This document shows, piece after piece, positions 28,374 to 38,082 of a DNA stretch of 64,000 bases. The DNA is taken from positions 1-64,000 of the IMG/VR virus record IMGVR_UViG_3300028025_002044. One strand, written 5' to 3'. Source of the DNA: a virus. The first letter of the stretch is position 1; each line of letters starts with the position of its first letter. The translations under genes were made by a program, and so were the position numbers. The notes under the pieces were generated by a model. That model searched no databases, had not been told where the DNA came from, and saw nothing but the letters and a program-made list of their open reading frames with translations.

Positions 28374-29879
28374 CTAACCTATCCAGCCGGATCTGTATTT
28401 CAGATTGACGGTGGGGGTAGCGTTACCGCTTTTTGCAATTACAATTTGAGTGGTCCCAGGTTGCAACTTAATCCAGTCCACGTTTGCATCTAGGGTAGAC
28501 CTAGACCCGTCTGGCAAGCCTCTATATAGAACAGACGTGTTGTAGGTGTCTATCTCTAGAGTATCTACAGTAGTGAGCGTAACGGCTCCATTAGAAGTGT
28601 AAGCCTCCTGGTCAATTTGCAGAGATAGAGTTCCTCCGTAAGATGTAAGGTTTGCCAGCCCGGTTGTCGGGAACGAGATAGTATTGGAGCTAACCGATGT
28701 GGCAGTGTGGATGCCAGTGAGAATTAAATTGCTGGTACCCTCTACATAGACGTCAGCAGAGCCTGATATGCCGTGGGCGGCAGAGGTCACAACGGTAGCG
28801 ACGTTGTTGGCTACGGTAATTGATACTATGCTGGCGGCATTTTTTGCGTAGCTAATTGAAGTAGTCGAGGTCGACGTAATGGTAACGTTGTTTGAATTGA
28901 ACCTAGTGTCTATGCCCGTAACATTGACTACGTCGCCAACATAGAAGCCGTGGTTAGTAATTCCCAGGGTGGCAACGCCACCGGACAGTTCCAACGTGCT
29001 AATAGGAGTAGCGGCATTTGTAGTGCTATACCCAGAAGCTCTCAGGGTTCTAATTATTTTTATGGTCTGTACGGTGCTGTCAGGTCTAGTGGCAGTGATA
29101 GTTGCCGGAGCTGTCATAGGGCCGGTAATCTTAAAAAAGGTGGTGACATCGGTATTCCCGCGATTGACGACGTTGGCAATAGAAGTGCCGTCTGTAGGTA
29201 TTACAGAGACGGTATTGGCACCGACGGTGAACTTTTTGGTGTAGCCAAGCTTGCTAGTGAACTCGTTTATTTTACCGTCGGTTCTGGCAATTTCTATAGA
29301 TACAGGCCAGGTAGTGTAGTTGTCGTTGGTGTCGTCGTACCAGTCGTATTTAATAGGGTCGACAGCCTTAAACTGGGCAGTGAAGTTTTGACGACCGCGG
29401 GCCTTTACGCTTTCAAACGTAGGCTGACCAGTTAGACGAATATACATAGCCTTAACGGGAGTTTCCCTGACAACTAGCCAACCGCCGCCGTACACAAGGT
29501 CAAACGACTCCATAACCTTTTGACGAGCAGCGGCAGCCAGGTTTGGGCTTGGAGGAATGATAGAACCTTTGAACGTAAGGGTTTTGGCTGTCCAGCGACC
29601 ACGGACGTCATATGAACCGTTGTCCAAACCACGCGGAATATCTGGCACTTCAGGAGCAGGCATGTCCCACCAGCCGGTAATGTCAGTGCAAATGAATAGC
29701 GTACCGTTTGCGTCAACGGTGTTGAAGACTAGACGCTTGATAGTGTCGTCAGGCATTACCTTGATAAACTCGATGTCTGCATTGAGCTGCATACCTTCGA
29801 CGTGAGGGTAGGGCGTAGGACGTAACGCGGAATCGACTAAGTCGTTTTCATCTGCTTGAAGTGCTGGGTCTATTGTCAT
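28374..29879 (-). CDS. distal tail protein (Dit-like)
   Basis: Directly after the tape measure; ITGWWD.P, AVDPIKY, NRGN, WIKLQPG...YRSGW. Confidence 0.8.
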   Translation of the reverse strand: MTIDPALQADENDLVDSALRPTPYPHVEGMQLNADIEFIKVMPDDTIKRLVFNTVDANGTLFICTDITGWWDMPAPEVPDIPRGLDNGSYDVRGRWTAKTLTFKGSIIPPSPNLAAAARQKVMESFDLVYGGGWLVVRETPVKAMYIRLTGQPTFESVKARGRQNFTAQFKAVDPIKYDWYDDTNDNYTTWPVSIEIARTDGKINEFTSKLGYTKKFTVGANTVSVIPTDGTSIANVVNRGNTDVTTFFKITGPMTAPATITATRPDSTVQTIKIIRTLRASGYSTTNAATPISTLELSGGVATLGITNHGFYVGDVVNVTGIDTRFNSNNVTITSTSTTSISYAKNAASIVSITVANNVATVVTSAAHGISGSADVYVEGTSNLILTGIHTATSVSSNTISFPTTGLANLTSYGGTLSLQIDQEAYTSNGAVTLTTVDTLEIDTYNTSVLYRGLPDGSRSTLDANVDWIKLQPGTTQIVIAKSGNATPTVNLKYRSGWIG

Positions 29880-29888
29880 AATGTATTA

Positions 29889-32800
29889 TTATCCTCTAAC
29901 AAACGATTGGGACAGTTGAGTATTTATGTCATCAATAAGAGCTTTATCCGATTTACTGGCGTTTCTAGGGTACATAATAAACGGAGCAATCTGGTCAGTT
30001 GCACTGACGTCCTTAATTTGTAGGTAGCCTCCAGCCGAGTCAACAACCCCAGAAAGTTTTTCTAAAGCGGATACAGTCCTACTGGTTACGTTTGGGTCAG
30101 CTTTTAGCGCCGCTATGTCTGCAGGCTTGATACTCGTTATAAGTGGTTTATCATCGGTGCCTCTCAACGCATTGATATCACTACTAGAGAATATGCTGGA
30201 ATTCATTCTATTTCCATACAGTCCTTGTAAATTTCCAAGAGAAAAAGGAGCCGGGCTAGTTACAGCTGGAACAGTAGGCTTAGCGCCAAGACCGCCTCTA
30301 ACTGTACTAACGTTACCCATCACTCCATCAGGCGAAAATAAATCGCCCGAGAACTGGAATCCAGCAGAATACTCTCTACCAACAACTTTTGCTTTAGTGT
30401 ACTTTCCTAAACCAACGTCATCTAACATTTCAGCTGCCGATGCATCAAAATTCTTTGCAATTAGTTTTTTAGTTTTAGGATCGTTCCACCACTCTAAAAA
30501 TGCACTGTTAGATATCCCTAGTTTGGCTAGCCCTGACGTGTCTATTTCTGGCTTTCCAAACATTTCTTTGCTTCCCGTAAGAACGTTGTCAAAATAACGC
30601 ACTACCTGGTTTTTAGGGTCTAGAATATAATCTTGAATTCTAGTTTTTTCTCCCGCTATATCCGAGACACCCCTAATGCCTTGCGTCAACATAGGCTGAC
30701 CGCCCGGAGTTAGAACTTTATTTTCAAAAACTATACCCGTGTCCGCAAATCTAGACTCGACTCCTGGCAAACCTCCGCCTGCACCCTTTTTAGTAAACGT
30801 ACTTAAAATTGTATTGCCAATTAATTCTCCGGTAGCCGAAGGATCAGTTAAAGCGTAGTTTGTAGCAGCCCTGATTAACGCCGGCATCTGCTGCTCTGTA
30901 ATTTTTATGCCTGATTCTATAAAAGCTTTTCGCGCAACCTCTATAGTGTCTAGGACAGCGGTTCTTTTGGCAATTTCCTCTTCAGTACCGCCAGTTAGGC
31001 CGGTGGTGTCTAAAATTCTATTAGCCTCGCCTGCAGCAACTCGTTGTCTACGAATAACTTCTGCACCCGCCGATGCGATGTCTGGATAGAGAGTGCTAGC
31101 CAATAAAGTAGCTATTTCCCCGCTAGACCGCTCGCTAGCTAGATTCACCCTCTCAGCCGTAATTTCAGCTGTTTGAATTACTAGGTCGGCTTTTTCTTGC
31201 TTTCTAGCGCTTTCTGCAGCTTCAAATCCCTGAACAATAGCACCAATAATACCCACTACAAGACCAGCGATCATACCTCCAGGTATGAACATCATCGCTC
31301 CACCAAGAGTAGTCAAGGTAGACCCGGCGGTCATACCCCCATTAGCAGCGCCAGAAATTAGACCCTGAGCAGCAAAACCGGCACCCATGAGAGCCATTCC
31401 ACCGCCAGGGCGGCGTGCCCCCGCGGCGGCGGCTGCAGCTGCTTGCTGCTCGGCTAGAGCTTTAGTTTTGTTTTTAATTGCATTGGTGTCTGCAATTTCC
31501 GCAGCAGTCGAAGCTTGTACAGTGGCGGTTTTTTGCTTTAAGCGGTCTATAAATCCGCCAAGCGAAGTTTTAGTCGATTTAAATACGTCAGACAATTTTG
31601 AAGTTAGGCCACTCCACATTCTACTAGCAGCGGCGGCTAGCTTTGTGGCAGCAGTGTGTAGCTTAATCATTGCTGTGCTCTGCTTTACAGAATCTATGAA
31701 TCGTCTGAAGGAGTCTCTCACCACTGCCACAACAATCTCGTTCATTCGACCGAGGACTGCTATATTAAATCTAACCATCTTTGTAAAGAATTTAAGTCTT
31801 TCCGTGGCCAGCCACAGCGGCCTTTCAAATCTGGCTTTTAGCCTGTCACCAAAATTCAGAATGGCCAGACGGATGTCGCTCATAGCTATTTTAATCTTCT
31901 GTCTTAGTCCCACAAGTATAGGAGCAATTCGTTTATCGATCAAATCAAGCTGCATCACTATGCCCATTCGGAAGCCTAGAGTTTTCAACATGATGCTTTG
32001 GGGGGACAGGGCAGCGCCAATGTTGGCAACTCCACGTCGTATAGACTCTCCAATAGTCCACATCTTATATTTTATGTTGTCAGGAGATAGAGCCACTCCA
32101 ATCTGAGTCACTCCATTTTTTATAGCACTACTTACTCTTATAAATGCTGGGACAATACGCTTGTCTATCAAGTCAATGTTCATCATCAGACCCATACGGA
32201 AACCTAGAGTCTTTAGTCGGATGCTTTCGGGCGATAGCGCAGTAATAATCCTGGAAACTCCAGTTTTTATAGAGTTAGCAAGAACTATCATCCTGGCGCT
32301 TATATTTTCAGGAGATAGAGCGGTAGTAATTTGAGTTACCGCATTCTTTATTCCGTCACGAATTCTCATAAATGCCGGGATAATGCGCTTATCTAGAAGG
32401 TCAATGTGCATCAGTATGCCCATTGCAAAGAATCTCATCTTCATTTGGATAGCCTGCGGTGAGATAGAGGCTATGAAGTTACGGAAGGCAGGGACTACTC
32501 TGGTGTTGTATAGGTCGGCCACCATCCTACCTTTTTGAAGTAGCGTGCTGTAAATAGCAAGTCTGGCATCATTAAATTTATTGACAACAATGTCTCTAAA
32601 TTTATTCATAACGGGGATGACTCTAGTGTTGTAGAAGTCTGATATAACTCTGCCCTTTTGAATTAAAGTAGTGTAGATAGCAAACTTAGCATTGCTTAGT
32701 GCAGGTCCCGCAACGTCTCTAAACTTCTTCATAGCATCTGTCAATGAAGTACGTATGTACAGCCCCGCATCCATTACTGTAGCCTTTAGAGCTGAGAATC

Positions 32801-34955
32801 CTACCTTAACAGCGTTTATAAATTTAGAGAATCGACTTGGAGCTTCTCTAAGAAGGCCTAATCCCTCAAGCCATTCTTTAAATACAATTTTATTTTTTCT
32901 AAACTCTTCTCTTAGCACAGCCATTGTAGAGCCTAATTTGCCTGTTGGAGAAATAGCACCAAAAATAGACTTGTAGAGCGCCTGGCCCCAGCCAATAATT
33001 CCAGGCTTGGCAACAGCCAGCTCGAGATTAAATCGAGTCATCCACTTAACAGTCCCCATACCAACCGATAGAAGTTTGCCAAAGTTTTTTGCTACCTGTC
33101 CTAAAATTGCCCCGATCCCCACTCCAACGAGAACCATCGTGGAAATAGCAAGAGTCACTGCCAGTACCACAGCGTTAATTCTGCCGATAAAGTCTAAAAT
33201 TGCTTTAATAACAGGATTGTTAAAAATAGCAGCAAAAACATCAGTTATAGACCTGAGAGTGTCAAAGAATATTGATATGCTTTCAGTATCAGAAAATGCT
33301 GAAAAAAGATCAATTACAGACACTATTAGAGCAGCAAAAGCCGGGGCAGCTTTTAGGCCGTCCATTAGAACCTTAGTTATGTCTGGTATAGATTTACCAA
33401 GCGTGGTCCAGAATTCTTGTATTTCAGGACGCCCAGAGAGCTCTATAAATATATTTAAAAAGTCACCGATAACGCCCAGCATGACAGTAGCGTTTGTGGT
33501 GGTGGTTTTTAGCCAGGTTGCGAATGTTTCTGAGCCAGTAAACTTTTTAAACCCTGAAGCAATTCCGCCAAGCCAATCCAACAACACCTGACCGGCTCCT
33601 CCACCACCGGGCGGAAAGTTGGCATCCATAATATTTTTTATTCCGTCACCAAAACTACCAAAAACATGACCAAGCTGGCTAGAAACATAAGCCGCCAAAT
33701 CTAAAGTTCTTTTAAAACTCTTACTTCTACTAAGCACATCAAATCTAGAAGAAACGCTGAGTATCCACGTAGAAAACTGGTCAGTAAGCGGCTTAGCAGC
33801 CGCTAAAGTATTTAACAGGCCTGTAAAGAATCTGTCAGCTGCCTGACCCATATTTCTAAGACGCGGAGCAGAATCGTTAAAGAACTGGTCGATTAGTCTT
33901 AGATTGTCAGTGTCTGCAAATGCCAACGAGAAACTCTTAGAGGCGTCTCCCATAGCGCTGCCTATAGTTTTAAAGCCTTTTTCTAGAGTCGGGAAAGCGC
34001 TATCAACTATAGTTTGAATAGCAGTTTGTAGAGGAGGTAAGAACGACGATGCCGAGGCTTCTTTTAGTGCCTGCATAATAGGCTTAAGAGTGGCTAGATA
34101 TTTAGCAAAAACAATTTGAGATTTTGTTAGATTTCTAAATGGGTCTGCGTTGGCAGCGGCAGCAGTAGACCTACCACCACGCTTGATGGTGTCCTGTAAA
34201 TCATTTACTCTAGCCTTAGCCTTGCGATAGTTTAAGTCAGCACGCTGAAAAGCAAGTTCAGACTCTCTACGAACCATATTGTCAGGAGGTAGGTCCTGGG
34301 CCATAGCCAACTCTGTGCGAGCTTTTTCTAGCGCTATAGCGGCTTCCTGTTCGCTAAGTACAGCTTCCTCTAAATCAAACTTTAGTTCTTTAAGTTCTTT
34401 TCTAGCATCTCTCAAAGATCTGTTGTATTGATTTTGACCATTCCAAAGCTGGCTTACGGCCCTGCCAACACCGCTCATTGCAATTTTTGCTACTGCAAAT
34501 CCAGCAATAACGCTTGCTAAAGCTCCGCCTACGCCGACAAAAGCATATGCGGCTTGACCTACAATACCTATTAGCGAAAGAAATCCGCCCGAAAGATCAC
34601 CGATGCTACCAGCTAAGGCTCCTAATGCAGACTGTGTCACAAACCCGACTCTTTGAAGTCTTTGAAATGTTCTCAAAGTCAGTACTGACTCATTCTCAAT
34701 TTTCTTTAAACCGGCGCTTGCAACTTGAATCGCGTTTCCTAGGGCTAGAAATCCGCCTTCGTCTCTTTTAAGCGAAGCAATCATACCGGTATCAAAACCG
34801 GACCTCAGCCTACGAGTCAGCGACACAGAGATACGGTCGGCCTGAAGCATGCTGTCACCGAACGCACGCGTTGAGTTAGCCATTCTATTTATAGCGCGTT
34901 CGGCATCTTTAGTGTTCACGTTTACGTCACCGTGGACGTCAAAAACTTTAGTCAT
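29889..34955 (-). CDS. tape measure protein
   Basis: 1688 aa, helical and Ala/Gly-rich with hydrophobic segments; downstream of the tail chaperones. Confidence 0.92.
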   Translation of the reverse strand: MTKVFDVHGDVNVNTKDAERAINRMANSTRAFGDSMLQADRISVSLTRRLRSGFDTGMIASLKRDEGGFLALGNAIQVASAGLKKIENESVLTLRTFQRLQRVGFVTQSALGALAGSIGDLSGGFLSLIGIVGQAAYAFVGVGGALASVIAGFAVAKIAMSGVGRAVSQLWNGQNQYNRSLRDARKELKELKFDLEEAVLSEQEAAIALEKARTELAMAQDLPPDNMVRRESELAFQRADLNYRKAKARVNDLQDTIKRGGRSTAAAANADPFRNLTKSQIVFAKYLATLKPIMQALKEASASSFLPPLQTAIQTIVDSAFPTLEKGFKTIGSAMGDASKSFSLAFADTDNLRLIDQFFNDSAPRLRNMGQAADRFFTGLLNTLAAAKPLTDQFSTWILSVSSRFDVLSRSKSFKRTLDLAAYVSSQLGHVFGSFGDGIKNIMDANFPPGGGGAGQVLLDWLGGIASGFKKFTGSETFATWLKTTTTNATVMLGVIGDFLNIFIELSGRPEIQEFWTTLGKSIPDITKVLMDGLKAAPAFAALIVSVIDLFSAFSDTESISIFFDTLRSITDVFAAIFNNPVIKAILDFIGRINAVVLAVTLAISTMVLVGVGIGAILGQVAKNFGKLLSVGMGTVKWMTRFNLELAVAKPGIIGWGQALYKSIFGAISPTGKLGSTMAVLREEFRKNKIVFKEWLEGLGLLREAPSRFSKFINAVKVGFSALKATVMDAGLYIRTSLTDAMKKFRDVAGPALSNAKFAIYTTLIQKGRVISDFYNTRVIPVMNKFRDIVVNKFNDARLAIYSTLLQKGRMVADLYNTRVVPAFRNFIASISPQAIQMKMRFFAMGILMHIDLLDKRIIPAFMRIRDGIKNAVTQITTALSPENISARMIVLANSIKTGVSRIITALSPESIRLKTLGFRMGLMMNIDLIDKRIVPAFIRVSSAIKNGVTQIGVALSPDNIKYKMWTIGESIRRGVANIGAALSPQSIMLKTLGFRMGIVMQLDLIDKRIAPILVGLRQKIKIAMSDIRLAILNFGDRLKARFERPLWLATERLKFFTKMVRFNIAVLGRMNEIVVAVVRDSFRRFIDSVKQSTAMIKLHTAATKLAAAASRMWSGLTSKLSDVFKSTKTSLGGFIDRLKQKTATVQASTAAEIADTNAIKNKTKALAEQQAAAAAAAGARRPGGGMALMGAGFAAQGLISGAANGGMTAGSTLTTLGGAMMFIPGGMIAGLVVGIIGAIVQGFEAAESARKQEKADLVIQTAEITAERVNLASERSSGEIATLLASTLYPDIASAGAEVIRRQRVAAGEANRILDTTGLTGGTEEEIAKRTAVLDTIEVARKAFIESGIKITEQQMPALIRAATNYALTDPSATGELIGNTILSTFTKKGAGGGLPGVESRFADTGIVFENKVLTPGGQPMLTQGIRGVSDIAGEKTRIQDYILDPKNQVVRYFDNVLTGSKEMFGKPEIDTSGLAKLGISNSAFLEWWNDPKTKKLIAKNFDASAAEMLDDVGLGKYTKAKVVGREYSAGFQFSGDLFSPDGVMGNVSTVRGGLGAKPTVPAVTSPAPFSLGNLQGLYGNRMNSSIFSSSDINALRGTDDKPLITSIKPADIAALKADPNVTSRTVSALEKLSGVVDSAGGYLQIKDVSATDQIAPFIMYPRNASKSDKALIDDINTQLSQSFVRG
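31900..32700 (-). repeat. internal tandem repeats in tape measure (about 76-aa and 40-aa units)
   Basis: [AS][LI]SP...MG...D[LI][LI]DKRI occurs three times; AIY.TL.QKGR...YNTRV.P twice. Coordinates approximate. Confidence 0.75.
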
Positions 34956-34974
34956 TATTCGTTCTCACCTCCTC

Positions 34975-35412
34975 TCAACCAATCGGTGCATCTAATACGG
35001 AACCAAACGGCTTAATGTCGTCGGCTTTCACCTCGGTGGGTGGGGTGTAGGGCTTAGCAGTTTTCTCTCTAGGAGAGAAAACTCTAATCTTGTCTTCTTC
35101 AATTGGTGCTTCTGCTAGAGGCGCATCAAGCGTATCCATACCGTAGCTTCCATTAGAGTCAGACTGGTTCATATACTTGTACTCACGTTCATACATGTCT
35201 CTGTATAAATTACCCCTGAGCGAGTCTTTATAAGCAGCTTGCTCAGTGGAGAAAAATACTGTATCTTCTTCGAAAAGATAATGAATTACGTCTATCATGT
35301 CTGAGGCTTCCATAGATGCTAGACGCATTCCATTTACCAATCCTTTACCGTTTACGTATGGCCATAGGTCAACAGCCCACTGAATAAGACCTATGACCGC
35401 AGCTCGGGGCGG
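34975..35412 (-). CDS. tail assembly chaperone, C-terminal (gpT-like) frame reached by -1 frameshift
   Basis: The frame is open from 35412 (PPRAAVIGLIQWAVDLWPYVNGKGLVNGMRL...) without a good start and overlaps the end of the upstream chaperone in the -1 frame. Confidence 0.7.
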   Translation of the reverse strand, partial: PPRAAVIGLIQWAVDLWPYVNGKGLVNGMRLASMEASDMIDVIHYLFEEDTVFFSTEQAAYKDSLRGNLYRDMYEREYKYMNQSDSNGSYGMDTLDAPLAEAPIEEDKIRVFSPREKTAKPYTPPTEVKADDIKPFGSVLDAPIG

Positions 35413-35723
35413 TCAGAATACTGCTCCACCAACCAAGCTGTAATCTCTCCAATTGTCTCTACCGGAACAATCTTGTCTTCACTCTCTAGAAGCTCGTTGA
35501 ATCTCTTAAAGCTTTCCGCTTTCATAACTTTAGAAAAGAACTTTCCAGATACTTCTGCGTTACGCATTGGGTCAGCGGCAGTTGAATCTGCAATTAGGTC
35601 TAGCAAGACCTTGCCCTGAATTTCAGGTACGCACTCAAACTCCTGACCGTGCACACTGAACTTAATTGGCTCAGCATTTGGGTCAGAAGACCCGGCTCCA
35701 AAATCTTTAAATTTTGCCATCAT
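35391..35723 (-). CDS. tail assembly chaperone (gpG-like)
   Basis: Position before the tape measure; start at MMAKF with AAGGA RBS. Confidence 0.8.
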   Translation of the reverse strand: MMAKFKDFGAGSSDPNAEPIKFSVHGQEFECVPEIQGKVLLDLIADSTAADPMRNAEVSGKFFSKVMKAESFKRFNELLESEDKIVPVETIGEITAWLVEQYSDRPELRS

Positions 35724-35755
35724 ATATCCTTTGTTGTTTATCATTTATACGTAAT

Positions 35756-36184
35756 TTACGTACGTATATATTTTACGCTATCTGAGAGATATCTATTTGG
35801 CTTGGTACCAGGATGACGTACTTTACGAGCTAGCACCGAACCATCAGCAAGAACATTCCAACCTGCGCCCGCCCCGCTGCTAGGCTTAAATTTCAAGAAC
35901 CTGTGATTGCTGGGAGTAATGATATGTGGCTTAGTCCCGTTGTGGTGCATACGGGCATACGGGACCGAAGACCCAATTTGAATCTTTTGACCGAGGGTAG
36001 TTCTTCTGTGTCCGTATACTCGTATAGACCTGCGTAGACGACCGGTTTTTACGCCCACCTTTGTCTTAGCTATATCTCTTAACCTGTCAGCGCGACGCTT
36101 TAAGTCCAGTCCGACTTCGCCGGATGGGCTATTTAGTATTTTATCTATAGCACGGTAGTCGACTGTGGTGATAACTCTGGCCAT
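35756..36184 (-). CDS. HK97 gp10-like neck/tail-completion protein
   Basis: VKTGRLRRSI, YARMHHNGT.PH, V.HPGTKPNRYL; start MARV at 36184 by TAATG overlap. Confidence 0.8.
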   Translation of the reverse strand: MARVITTVDYRAIDKILNSPSGEVGLDLKRRADRLRDIAKTKVGVKTGRLRRSIRVYGHRRTTLGQKIQIGSSVPYARMHHNGTKPHIITPSNHRFLKFKPSSGAGAGWNVLADGSVLARKVRHPGTKPNRYLSDSVKYIRT

Positions 36185-36690
36185 TATGGCACCGCCATCA
36201 CGATTTCCATACTTACCATCTGGAACCCGCCCTGAGGCTCCTGGGCATCTAGGGTGGCAATGACACCCAAGCCGTAGCCCGTGTCGTCCCACATATCAAA
36301 CTCTCGTACTGACTCCATCAAAATCCATGAGTCAATTGCAGACATGTTAGAAGCCTGCTGAATCTTTTCAGGGGTAGGCGGTCTACCGTTCTGCCCGACT
36401 ACAGGAAATTCCCTGGCAATAGTTATAGTTAGAGTTACAGTCCTAGGAACGTTGCAACGCTGAGGCTCCCCGGCAGGAACACCAGGCGGGCCTAAGTACA
36501 GCTGATTGAATGCCACTACCATTTGTGCGCAGTCAACAACAGGAGTCCCCATTGTCCAGTATTGGCGACTCGGCAGTGGAACGTTATAGGACTGGTAGAC
36601 AGCAACTACTCGATCGACTGCGCCGTCGAGTAAGTTTTTTAAATGCAGAGCATCCTCTGAATATCCTGTAACGTCCACTGCCGTAGTCAT
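36184..36690 (-). CDS. head-tail connector / tail terminator protein
   Basis: Position between adaptor and neck genes; PQGG near the C-terminus. Confidence 0.6.
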   Translation of the reverse strand: MTTAVDVTGYSEDALHLKNLLDGAVDRVVAVYQSYNVPLPSRQYWTMGTPVVDCAQMVVAFNQLYLGPPGVPAGEPQRCNVPRTVTLTITIAREFPVVGQNGRPPTPEKIQQASNMSAIDSWILMESVREFDMWDDTGYGLGVIATLDAQEPQGGFQMVSMEIVMAVP

Positions 36691-36692
36691 AA

Positions 36693-36884
36693 TTACTCCG
36701 CGGCTACTTCTTCAGTAGCAACCTCTACAGGTGCATCCACCACAGCGTCAACAACTACAGGCTCTTCAACCTTAGCTGGCTTAGCTGGCTTGGCTGGCTT
36801 TGCAGCGGCCTTAGCAGCAGATGTTGCAGGCTTAGCCGCACCAATCATATCTACTGCGCGGAAGTTAGTCTGAATTCCTGACAT
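36693..36884 (-). CDS. small Ala/Lys/Pro/Glu-rich protein
   Basis: GAAGG RBS; low-complexity AKP repeats. Confidence 0.65.
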   Translation of the reverse strand: MSGIQTNFRAVDMIGAAKPATSAAKAAAKPAKPAKPAKVEEPVVVDAVVDAPVEVATEEVAAE

Positions 36885-36901
36885 AACTAACCTTCTTTCT
36901 T

Positions 36902-38008
36902 CTAGCTGTATAACTTGATCTGGAGGTTTCCAGAAGCAAGCTCCATTACACTCTCAATACCGTTAACGATTTTGGTAGCGTAAAGAGTCCATGAGCCAGG
37001 GTCTACCATTCCGATAGCTTTCTGGGCTTCTACGTAAGGAACCGATATGTCGACTCTTCCGTTAGTCTCGTTTACAGTTATGTACTGAGACTCTAAATTT
37101 AGTGATTTGCCCTCGCTGTAGTTAAACATAGTAAATACTGGCAACCACCCGTTATCTCCAATGAAGGTCGACGTGTCGACGCCAGCAGTAACCGAGTTCC
37201 AAGTAGCAGGGGTGTTTCTGACTACTGAAAGGTCCATCAGTGCATTGGCCGTCAGTGGCGGAGCCTTAGGCGTGTAGCGACGAGCTCTAGGCTGGTCCGG
37301 CGAGAACACCTTAGCTCTAGCCTTAGCCTTGTCAGGGTTTACGGTTTTTAGGAATAGGTCTACTGCATAAAGACCGGTGCGTACTTCCTCAATAAAATCT
37401 TGGCTGTCTAGTAGGGTGTAAGAAACGCCCTGACGCGAAATAGAAGTAATGCGCTGAGGTAGAGCGCAGTCGTCGTCTCCAGCCCAAAGTTTTGCAAACT
37501 CAATTGCTAGGGTGCGGGCTGCCATCTTGCCAGCCATAGGTGGCTCAGCGCCGTAAGTATAAGTGACCTCGACGTTACAGGGAGTCCAAGGAACGCCAGC
37601 AGCAGCCTGAAGTGTAGAGTGGTCTACCAAATAGTACGAGCTTTCGTCAAGAATGCGCCCGTCTCTAGTTCTAACAGAGTGAATCTTTGTTACAGGGCGT
37701 CCTCGAAGTTTAATACGTGATTCGGGAGAGAGTCCATCCGAGACCAACTCAGCGTACTCCTGAAAGTCGGTAATCGGAATGTTGTAAACTTCACCAGCAA
37801 TTAGGACGCCGTAATAGTTTTTAGAAGAAGGACCTAGCCGGTAAGCACGCTTAGCACAGACGTAGCGTTCAGTTACCGTTGTGGTCCCAGTAAACTTTCT
37901 ACCTGACATAGCCCACATTAAGTACGAGGCAGTCTGAGCGGCCTCGAGCGCAAACTCGGTTCCTGCATAGTTACCAAGTTCTTCAGGTTCTACCCAAAGT
38001 GAAGTCAC
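36902..38008 (-). CDS. head-to-tail adaptor
   Basis: ASYLMWAMSGRKF, VTYTYG, CALPQRITSISRQGV, TGLYAVDLF. Confidence 0.8.
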   Translation of the reverse strand: MTSLWVEPEELGNYAGTEFALEAAQTASYLMWAMSGRKFTGTTTVTERYVCAKRAYRLGPSSKNYYGVLIAGEVYNIPITDFQEYAELVSDGLSPESRIKLRGRPVTKIHSVRTRDGRILDESSYYLVDHSTLQAAAGVPWTPCNVEVTYTYGAEPPMAGKMAARTLAIEFAKLWAGDDDCALPQRITSISRQGVSYTLLDSQDFIEEVRTGLYAVDLFLKTVNPDKAKARAKVFSPDQPRARRYTPKAPPLTANALMDLSVVRNTPATWNSVTAGVDTSTFIGDNGWLPVFTMFNYSEGKSLNLESQYITVNETNGRVDISVPYVEAQKAIGMVDPGSWTLYATKIVNGIESVMELASGNLQIKLYS

Positions 38009-38028
38009 TTTATTCTCCTACTAGTAGT

Positions 38029-38070
38029 ACGGGCGGTACATCTCTGTAAACAGAAAGATGCACCGCCCGT
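38029..38070 (-). terminator. hairpin after major tail protein gene
   Basis: ACGGGCGGTGCATCT...AGATGTACCGCCCGT long stem on the minus strand. Confidence 0.65.
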
Positions 38071-38082
38071 CCAGTTTTATAA

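Noticed and set aside
36185-36292. Longer upstream starts in the ORF track (36292, 15329, 4529, 47170)
   Set aside because: The extensions overlap neighbouring genes or lack protein-like sequence; coupled or downstream starts are more plausible.
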